From positions 1 to 63,727 of the IMG/VR virus record IMGVR_UViG_3300033153_006754: a stretch of 63,727 nt of DNA, one strand, 5' to 3'. Under the pieces are notes generated by a model, which was given only the letters and a program-made list of their open reading frames with translations, searched no databases and was not told where the DNA came from. Positions 48,798 to 55,083 of this stretch are shown here, one piece after another. Both the position numbers and the translations under genes were made by a program. The DNA comes from a virus (Duplodnaviria; Caudoviricetes). Positions within the stretch are counted from its first letter, which is position 1. Every line of letters begins with the position of its first letter.

Positions 48798-49021
48798 TCT
48801 TAGTTGAGGTCTCGAGGAAGTTTGGAGAAGACTTGCGGGAGACCTCAGCGTCGGTTACGCCGCGATCTCCATAATATCCAGAACGGCGGCGCCCACGACG
48901 ATGTCGTGTTCTAGGTGAAGTCGTATGTGTAACTTCTGCCGCTGCACTTCTGGTCTCCAGTTATAGGGGACGCCGGCACGGGGTCTTTACAGCCCGTACC
49001 GACGTCAGGTTCGATCCGTAT

Positions 49022-49309
49022 TTAGTGTACGGATGCCAGCACAAAAGTCAAGTTCAATCTGCCAACTTTTACTGTCTCGCCGTCAATCACCTTCCGGAAC
49101 AGCCGTGGCTTGTTCTTCTTCACTTGGCTGGTGCTGGGGAAGAGGCCCAGCTCAACTAGAGCTCGAGCTAAGAATGACTCGTCTGTTCGCACAATCATAT
49201 CTGCCTTCGGTAAGGTGTTGTTGTTAAGGATCCCCTTCACGAGCATGATCGCTTCGCGTACGGGGAGCTCCCATGATGCAACTACTGCTGGCTGTAAGAT
49301 CTCAATCAT
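49022..49309 (-). CDS. Small protein with S4-like RNA-binding motif
   Basis: 95 aa; LARALVELGLFPSTSQVKK..TVKVGR resembles the TyrRS C-terminal S4 domain. Confidence 0.55.
   Translation of the reverse strand: MIEILQPAVVASWELPVREAIMLVKGILNNNTLPKADMIVRTDESFLARALVELGLFPSTSQVKKNKPRLFRKVIDGETVKVGRLNLTFVLASVH
49024..49051 (-). promoter_or_regulatory. Sigma70-like promoter
   Basis: TTGACT-N16-TACACT. Confidence 0.7.
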
Positions 49310-49386
49310 TGGTGTGGGTACAGGGATTCGAACCCTGACTGCCAGCTTGGAAGACTGGCGTGCTGGCCGTTGAACACTACACCCAC
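49310..49386 (-). tRNA. tRNA-Gly(TCC) with U2:A71 and A73
   Basis: Loop CT-TCC-AA; GTGGGTG/TACCCAC-A-CCA. Confidence 0.85.
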
Positions 49387-49410
49387 AAATTCAAGGGACT
49401 GCATTAGATC

Positions 49411-49620
49411 TCATTCAACCACTTCCAGTATAGCCTCGAGCCCTGATCCTTCTGGGCTGAGCTTGACTAAAGGCCTGGACCTTATGACCTCAGCAATCTC
49501 ATCAGTGATATCGGGACCACCGATCTCACAAGTACCGTCCGGTCCTGTCTTGGCCGTGATGAAACCGTCCTTGAGCTTGATGAAGAACGTTGCCATTGGA
49601 GTGCCTATGGAAACTTTCAT
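49411..49620 (-). CDS. Hypothetical 69-aa protein inside tRNA array
   Basis: ORF filling the gap between tRNA blocks. Confidence 0.5.
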   Translation of the reverse strand: MKVSIGTPMATFFIKLKDGFITAKTGPDGTCEIGGPDITDEIAEVIRSRPLVKLSPEGSGLEAILEVVE

Positions 49621-49669
49621 TAGAGGCCCTCAAAAAGGTTATTGATCTATTGGACATTATATCAACTAA

Positions 49670-49743
49670 TGCCCCCGGTAGGATTCGAACCTACATCTAT
49701 CCGGTTAAAAGCCGGATGTTCTACTCCATTGAACTACAGAGGC
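49670..49743 (-). tRNA. tRNA-Lys(TTT)
   Basis: Loop CT-TTT-AA, no CCA. Confidence 0.9.
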
Positions 49744-49745
49744 TC

Positions 49746-49820
49746 TGGTGGGCCGAAAGAGATTTGAACTCTTATCTAACGGATTAAGAATCCGTCGCTC
49801 TACCATTGAGCTATCGACCC
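49746..49820 (-). tRNA. tRNA-Lys(CTT)
   Basis: Loop TT-CTT-AA, CCA. Confidence 0.9.
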
Positions 49821-49824
49821 ATGC

Positions 49825-49898
49825 TGATGCGGGCAGATGGAGTCGAACCACCGTCGACTGTGATCAGCAGTCTGCTCTACCACTGAGCTATACCTCAC
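49825..49898 (-). tRNA. Atypical tRNA with GAT anticodon (possible pseudo-tRNA)
   Basis: Loop CT-GAT-CA (C37), 3-nt variable loop, bulged acceptor, ends TCA. Confidence 0.6.
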
Positions 49899-49982
49899 TG
49901 GTGCGCCGGGTTGGAGTCGAACCAACACAGTACTAGACGGGTGGGTTACAGCCACTTGAGCTCACCAATGCTCAGCCGACAC
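49899..49982 (-). tRNA. tRNA-Tyr(GTA)
   Basis: Loop CT-GTA-AC, long variable arm, CCA. Confidence 0.88.
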
Positions 49983-50056
49983 TGGTGGGCCGAGATGGAA
50001 TCGAACCATCATTACCGCATCTTCAGTGCGGCGCTCTACCACTGAGCTACCGACCC
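49983..50056 (-). tRNA. tRNA-Phe(GAA)
   Basis: Loop CT-GAA-GA, CCA. Confidence 0.9.
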
Positions 50057-50059
50057 AGA

Positions 50060-50130
50060 AGCGACTGGAGAGAATCGAACTCTCGTGTCCAGCTTGGGAA
50101 GCTGACGCTTTACCACTAAGCTACAATCGC
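50060..50130 (-). tRNA. tRNA-Gly(CCC)
   Basis: Loop TT-CCC-AA, canonical GCG..CGC-U, no CCA. Confidence 0.9.
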
Positions 50131-50136
50131 GTTAGT

Positions 50137-50210
50137 TGGTGTGGCTGGCGAGAATCGAACTCGCATTGCCTGCGTGGCGGGCAGGTATCTTACCGTTGGA
50201 TCACAACCAC
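50137..50210 (-). tRNA. tRNA-Gly(GCC) with U2:A71, A73 and C33
   Basis: Loop CC-GCC-AC; GTGGTTG/CAGCCAC-A-CCA. Confidence 0.83.
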
Positions 50211-50316
50211 AGACAGGAGAGGTTCATCCGCAATATCGGAACGAACCTCGGGCGGTAAATCGCCCTCGGAGCGGATAGGTGGGCTTTCGTTTATATCTGT
50301 CTGTGGCCATGAACTT

Positions 50317-50344
50317 AGTATACGTATCAGGAGGGCGGAGTCAA
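50317..50344 (-). promoter_or_regulatory. Sigma70-like promoter heading the tRNA array
   Basis: TTGACT-N16-TATACT. Confidence 0.75.
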
Positions 50345-50348
50345 GTCC

Positions 50349-50930
50349 TTAGGATAAAAGACTCAACTCCATGGAGCAGTGCTCATCGGGACCCAGCTTA
50401 TCAAGATCTTCAACGCACTGAACCTTGAACCACTCGTGGACGTATGCGATCTTCCAACAGCCATTGGCAGCAATGAGGTTGAACACAGTATCACCGAAGT
50501 CATTGGCTGAGCGAGTGTGTATGTAGAGGCGGGACGTCATCCTGCTAAGGTCAGTGAGTATGGAGTCCAGGTCATGATGCTCGAGGTGTTGCAGCACCAG
50601 AGATACCAGAACTGAGTCAAAGGTCATAGTCCGGACCGCTTCCCAGTTGCTCTCCAGCACAACGTTCGAAGGTATTGAACCCAGCCCCTCTTCCACCAGA
50701 CTCAGCATGCCTTCAAAGTCGTACCCAACGACCTCATCTGCTCTAGCCGCAAGCTCCTTCAGGTTCCGGCCTACTCCACACCCGAAGTCCAGCACACGAT
50801 TGCCGAAGGACGCACGTTGCATCAATCCAATGTCCGCCGGCAATGGTCCTTCTCTAGATCCCCATCCTGATAGAACGCGCTCCCTAGCTGACTTCAAGTC
50901 TCCAGGATCACGCCACTTGTCATATCTCAT
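50349..50930 (-). CDS. Class I SAM-dependent methyltransferase
   Basis: 193 aa; RVLDFGCGVGR, FDSV..VLQHL. Confidence 0.88.
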   Translation of the reverse strand: MRYDKWRDPGDLKSARERVLSGWGSREGPLPADIGLMQRASFGNRVLDFGCGVGRNLKELAARADEVVGYDFEGMLSLVEEGLGSIPSNVVLESNWEAVRTMTFDSVLVSLVLQHLEHHDLDSILTDLSRMTSRLYIHTRSANDFGDTVFNLIAANGCWKIAYVHEWFKVQCVEDLDKLGPDEHCSMELSLLS

Positions 50931-51184
50931 GGTCTGTACTCGTACCCAGATAGCTTGGAATCACGCTCAACCACCAGCGTCTCTTCGCAGTATTCGCCAC
51001 CAGGTGGGACCTCTTCGGCGTGCTTCATGAGGAACTCCTCACTGATCTTGATCTGTATGCCACGCTTTGACTTGCCGGGGATGGTGCTCTTCACCCAGAT
51101 CCTGACAACGTCCCGGCTTCGATCGAACTCTGCGTCCAGCTTCAGTTGCGGTGTCAGTTGAATGCTGCCTGGGCCGATGTTCAT
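50927..51184 (-). CDS. 85-aa protein containing two reordered MCP-like segments
   Basis: KRGIQIKISEEFL and AEEVPPGGEYCEET match MCP KSGLKVRITDEMI and AEDIPPGGEYPEQS. Confidence 0.7.
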   Translation of the reverse strand: MNIGPGSIQLTPQLKLDAEFDRSRDVVRIWVKSTIPGKSKRGIQIKISEEFLMKHAEEVPPGGEYCEETLVVERDSKLSGYEYRP

Positions 51185-51244
51185 TTGAGTGCCCTTCCAA
51201 AAGTATGGAGTGGAGGTTCTTTACCTCAGTGATGTGGTAGAGCT

Positions 51245-52189
51245 TCATGGTCGCACTGCAAAGACGTCTATCTGGAACGGGCGGTTATCAGGCAGATCAC
51301 CAATGGCCTGCATCTCATTGTCACCAGTGATAGCTAAGGGTTTGTATCCAAGATCCCTGAGCATGTTCATGTACTGGTTGGGACTGCAGTTTGACACCTT
51401 ACGCAGCTGGTCTCGGTGGACCTCGGTAATGATGGGCGGGTACTTGTGGCGCTTGAGGAACTGTCGGCCACCTTCAATGACCAATGGCTCAGCGCCCTCA
51501 ACATCCATCTTGATGAAGCTGACTCCTTGACCCTGATCCTCAATCTGAAGAGCGTCGAGCGGATACACCTGAACGGTAGCGGCCGTGTGGTTCGGAGGTG
51601 GCTCTGTACCCAACTCCGCCAGATAGGCACCACCATGGTTGATGGTGTCCGGGGCGTAGATGAGGTTGAGCTTTGATTCCGAAGCACCGACCGCCTCGTT
51701 CAGGCAACAGACGTCACCCATGTCTGGATGGTCCCTACGCAGGTTCTCCCTGACCGTACGATCCAGGAGTGAGTAGACGTGAGGCATTGGCTCGTAGGAG
51801 AGCACAGTGCCTTTTGATCCAACCATCCTGGCCATCTTGATCGAGAAGTAACCAACGTTGGCTCCGATATCCAGTACGTGAGTTCCGGGCTGTATCCACT
51901 TCTTCATCAGGTTGAGGACGTGAGGCTCATACTTGCCCTGGAGGATCCCGCGACCAATGAACTGGTCGTTGAGGTCGATCCAGAACCGGTCCCCATCGGT
52001 ATCCTCAACCATGACGATACTGTTCCCAGCTTCCTTGCTCTTCTCCTTGAACTCAGTGGACGCCATCAGGGAGTCCCTCAGGGTCTTCATGTCGCCGCAT
52101 CCCATCTTCTCTTCCATCACGGCAGAGTTTTCGGGCATGCGTTCAAAGAGGACCTTGTAGGCCCAGATGACGTCTTGCTGAGTGAGCAT
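51245..52189 (-). CDS. FkbM-family methyltransferase
   Basis: 314 aa; LDIGANVGY, YEP, IKMDVEGAE; short N-terminal AYK.LF.R.PE helical domain. Confidence 0.9.
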   Translation of the reverse strand: MLTQQDVIWAYKVLFERMPENSAVMEEKMGCGDMKTLRDSLMASTEFKEKSKEAGNSIVMVEDTDGDRFWIDLNDQFIGRGILQGKYEPHVLNLMKKWIQPGTHVLDIGANVGYFSIKMARMVGSKGTVLSYEPMPHVYSLLDRTVRENLRRDHPDMGDVCCLNEAVGASESKLNLIYAPDTINHGGAYLAELGTEPPPNHTAATVQVYPLDALQIEDQGQGVSFIKMDVEGAEPLVIEGGRQFLKRHKYPPIITEVHRDQLRKVSNCSPNQYMNMLRDLGYKPLAITGDNEMQAIGDLPDNRPFQIDVFAVRP

Positions 52190-52923
52190 TATGATTCCAC
52201 CACTCGGACCATATGATGGTCTTCTTCAAGAGGCTCACCGGTGAGGGCCTCAATGACCTCCTTGGAGAAGGTGTACTCACCTTTCTTCAGGTTATACGTT
52301 TGGCCCTTATTGTGTTGGTACACTTTGTGGTAACCCCTGCCCTTGATCCACCCGACCACGTCTTCAGCATGGTAGGTGTAGTTGTCCTCAGTGGTGATGT
52401 CGTCGATTGAAACTCCGCCACCTCTCTGGATAATATCCACGTTCCGGATGACGAGCCAGGCGTCGACGCCGTACTCATCGATTGACTGGAGGACGATCCC
52501 GCCGAGCTTGATGGGGAGGTGGGGCCACATGCTCTCCTCATTGACGATGGAGAGGATGGTGCCGACATACCCACCAATGTTCCAGTCAGTGTTGCCCCAG
52601 GAGATGCCTTGGACGAAAGGAGCTGGGTTGATGATCCTGGGTTGGTCCCCGCGCTCTGGACTGACCAGGAGGGCCTCAGTGTCGACGCCACAGAAGGACC
52701 ATCTGGTGTGCTTGCCAGGAGGCTTCTCGAACTCCTGGTCCTCCTTGAGGTCCTTCCCCCAGTCGAAGGGCTTCTTGGTAACGATCTTGCTGCGCTCTGA
52801 CCTGAGCTTGTACAGAACTCTGGATGCGTCCTTGATGCGACGATTGACATCGTCCATCTTGGCCTTATTGTCTGGGTCGGCCGCTTCGGGGCCTCGGTCC
52901 GGGCTTGAAGGGTTCTCCGTCAT
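52189..52923 (-). CDS. Orphan tail-tube homolog lacking the long beta-hairpin
   Basis: Start at MTENPSS (RBS AGGAGG), 244 aa; 26/50 identity to the tube C-terminal segment. Confidence 0.78.
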   Translation of the reverse strand: MTENPSSPDRGPEAADPDNKAKMDDVNRRIKDASRVLYKLRSERSKIVTKKPFDWGKDLKEDQEFEKPPGKHTRWSFCGVDTEALLVSPERGDQPRIINPAPFVQGISWGNTDWNIGGYVGTILSIVNEESMWPHLPIKLGGIVLQSIDEYGVDAWLVIRNVDIIQRGGGVSIDDITTEDNYTYHAEDVVGWIKGRGYHKVYQHNKGQTYNLKKGEYTFSKEVIEALTGEPLEEDHHMVRVVES

Positions 52924-53089
52924 TGTACTTCCTCCTGAGTCGTTTGATCTCCTTCTCCAGTCCAGCGGACATAAGAGAAGTGAGCGTGACACTTTGGTCG
53001 TGCTCGTGATATTGCAGGAACGCTACTGCGGCCCTGGCCTCCGCTAGGAGAGCATCATCGACGTTATGTGTGGTTCGAACTTTTGACAT
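52865..53089 (-). CDS. Ribbon-helix-helix / ParB C-terminal-like DNA-binding protein
   Basis: 74 aa; TTHNVDDALLAEARAA..LEKEIKRLRRKYNDGEPF..GRP. Confidence 0.6.
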   Translation of the reverse strand: MSKVRTTHNVDDALLAEARAAVAFLQYHEHDQSVTLTSLMSAGLEKEIKRLRRKYNDGEPFKPGPRPRSGRPRQ

Positions 53090-53286
53090 AGTTCAACCTG
53101 TTCGTTGTTATTGAAGGCGATTGCTTCAGAGTATCCTCTGGGGCTCATGAGTATCGTGTTAGGCTGGAACTGCTGCTTGGTCAGCATATCGTACATACGA
53201 TCCAGGTCAGCAAGCTGCATGCTGGCAGACTTGTTCTGTCTCAGGGCCAGATCCACAACATGGTGTGTAAGAAACAAGGGGTTCAT
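53044..53286 (-). CDS. 80-aa MCP-fragment protein
   Basis: 13/30 identity to MCP ITLDDLFVMYADLLNVGFIPNVLLMNPMGW. Confidence 0.72.
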   Translation of the reverse strand: MNPLFLTHHVVDLALRQNKSASMQLADLDRMYDMLTKQQFQPNTILMSPRGYSEAIAFNNNEQVELCQKFEPHITSMMLS

Positions 53287-53534
53287 TAGTAGCCTGCAGC
53301 CTCTCTACCGACGTCGGTGCAGAACCACCCGTAGCCCATCCATTGTGGATCGTATATCCACTTAACCAGGCCGGCCTTCTTCATCCGTCTCAGGGTAGAC
53401 AGCACAAGTCTGGCTTTCCTTTGGAGCCTGCGCTTTCGGGCCCATGCGGTCCGAGCCAAGTGTCCAACACGAACTGGTGTTGCCTGCTTGGCCAAAGCTG
53501 TTAGCACAGTAAGGTCCTTGCCTTGTAACTTCAT
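53286..53534 (-). CDS. Basic winged-helix-like protein
   Basis: 82 aa; LRRMKKAGLVKW..GW.CTDVGR. Confidence 0.55.
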   Translation of the reverse strand: MKLQGKDLTVLTALAKQATPVRVGHLARTAWARKRRLQRKARLVLSTLRRMKKAGLVKWIYDPQWMGYGWFCTDVGREAAGY

Positions 53535-53743
53535 TCTCTCACACTCACAGATTCAGGAAACTTCGGTGTCAAGATCCCACTAGCCTTGATGTCGACCCTG
53601 GGATCGTTCCATTCCCCAGGTATGGCTCCAGTACCCATCTGCCATCTGATGCCGCTCACTGTGACATCCATTGGAGGCCCACCACAGCCATCGCAGCTGT
53701 TGAGACCGGAGTTGAACCTGCCACAGTATTTACATTGCCACAT
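53531..53743 (-). CDS. Zn-ribbon fused to MCP C-terminal fragments
   Basis: 70 aa; WQCKYC..CDGC then WQMGTGAIP and WNDPRVDIK. Confidence 0.75.
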   Translation of the reverse strand: MWQCKYCGRFNSGLNSCDGCGGPPMDVTVSGIRWQMGTGAIPGEWNDPRVDIKASGILTPKFPESVSVRE

Positions 53744-54051
53744 TAGAAGCCCTTGATATCAAATGTTGACTGATAGCTCCTGAGGCCCTTGCCTCTCATC
53801 CTCACAAGGATCTTACCGTCGTAGTCTGTGCACCAGTTCTTGAGATCGCCGAGCTTCCCATTGAATAGTGGGCGACCATGCTGGTTGCCGTCGTTGCACA
53901 CAAAGATACCAACTTGGGGATCAGTGGTGCATTCACCACCGCCATATATGTAGTCTTCAGAGCGAAGACTCCCCAGAACATGTGCCAGGCGTGCACCGCG
54001 GTTGGTTCCCTGGGAGAGTGTGAAGGCTGCTGTGTTCGGTATGTGATCCAT
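53743..54051 (-). CDS. Hypothetical protein, probably leaderless (MDHIPN..)
   Basis: ATG 7 nt after a TATACT -10; the same frame is open up to 54525. Confidence 0.55.
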   Translation of the reverse strand: MDHIPNTAAFTLSQGTNRGARLAHVLGSLRSEDYIYGGGECTTDPQVGIFVCNDGNQHGRPLFNGKLGDLKNWCTDYDGKILVRMRGKGLRSYQSTFDIKGF

Positions 54052-54058
54052 ACACAGG

Positions 54059-54086
54059 AGTATATGGAATAATAGCATAATGGCAA
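54059..54086 (-). promoter_or_regulatory. Sigma70-like promoter
   Basis: TTGCCA-N16-TATACT with AT-rich upstream sequence. Confidence 0.65.
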
Positions 54087-54532
54087 GTATTATTTTGAAG
54101 AATTCTTTAAATGACCCGGGCCCCGACTGAGGGGGCCCTTGGGGTCCTAACCATGCACCAATAGCATGTGGGCCCGCTTGCGAGGGCCCTGGATGAACAA
54201 ACCTGTTCACCTGTCCTCTACTTGGGTTGCATGTCTCAGGAAATCTGCTAAGCGAATCAAACAGGATTTCGGGTAGGGGCTTTGATGGCCACAAGGCTCG
54301 CACTTCACGCGCGTGGGCGCAACGAGCGTCCTTGTTGTCACGACGGCGCCGAACCCGTTCATCGGGATGCCACTTGTAATCGCGGTGGTGTCCGTCCCAG
54401 TCCCGCCAGGGCCATACAGTCCAGTGTGTAGGACGACTGTCATCAATCCAGACTGTGTTTGCTGCGGCGGAGTCAGTTGCCTGAGTCCAGTCTGTGCCGG
54501 AAGTGCGGTCGCAATCAACATCCATCAGGCTA

Positions 54533-54561
54533 ATATTACCTTGAAGATTTCAGGGAGTCAA
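54533..54561 (-). promoter_or_regulatory. Sigma70-like promoter
   Basis: TTGACT-N17-TAATAT; ATG 7 nt downstream. Confidence 0.55.
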
Positions 54562-54769
54562 GTAACCGCTTGAGATGATATATGTCTGTGTCGTTGATCT
54601 GCAGGTCAAACACCTCTCCACAACAATTGATGCACATCCGGTAGATGTTGACGTCGCCGTCATGCTCGATCTGCTCCGGCAGGTGCCCGACACACAGAAG
54701 ATCCTGAGTGCTCAGGTGATACTTGCAATCCGTATGTGGGCACCACGCCGGCCGTTTGTTCTTGCGCAC
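54536..54769 (-). CDS. Cys/His-rich small protein
   Basis: Probable GTG start just after the Tad1 stop; RPAWCPHTDC..C..H..C. Confidence 0.5.
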   Translation of the reverse strand: MRKNKRPAWCPHTDCKYHLSTQDLLCVGHLPEQIEHDGDVNIYRMCINCCGEVFDLQINDTDIYHLKRLLDSLKSSR

Positions 54770-54771
54770 TG

Positions 54772-55083
54772 TCAAGCCTTGTTGGTTCCTTCCACGCCAC
54801 GGTCCTGGCGACCCTTGGTACGGTCTTCCAGCCAGTGGATGGCTTCCTGGAACTTGGTGATGGCCAGTGCATTCTCCCTGCACTTGAACGGGCCCTTCTG
54901 GAAACCCTCGAGCCGGTCGATGAGCACCTGTGCCACCAACTCGATAGTGGTCCCGTTCTCGTCATGCTCCTTGATGGGCCCGCACTGGAACTTGATCTTG
55001 ATGTACTCCTCTTCGATGAAAGACATGGTGCCATCAAGAGACTCCTGTGCCTCCAGGTCCAATTTCTCCAGGTTCTCGCTCAT
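54772..55083 (-). CDS. tad1: Tad1/Acb2-family immune-signal sponge (anti-Thoeris/anti-CBASS)
   Basis: 103 aa; IKFQCGP..NG..IDRLEGFQKGPFKCRENALAITKFQEAIHWL..R..RGVEGT; RBS GGAG. Confidence 0.88.
   Translation of the reverse strand: MSENLEKLDLEAQESLDGTMSFIEEEYIKIKFQCGPIKEHDENGTTIELVAQVLIDRLEGFQKGPFKCRENALAITKFQEAIHWLEDRTKGRQDRGVEGTNKA

Noticed and set aside
48800-49020. Complete tmRNA
   Set aside because: The tag-like ORF lacks an Ala acceptor and a T-arm-CCA of its own; the adjacent RNA is a normal tRNA-Ile.
45748-50210. Regularly recurring GTTCGAA motif suggesting a CRISPR array
   Set aside because: Each copy is the T-loop of a tRNA cloverleaf; there are no identical repeats and no cas genes.
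45700-50350. ORF-track ORFs overlapping the tRNA array (e.g. 45703-46206, 46232-46633)
   Set aside because: They are translations of tRNA sequence without RBS or protein-like composition.
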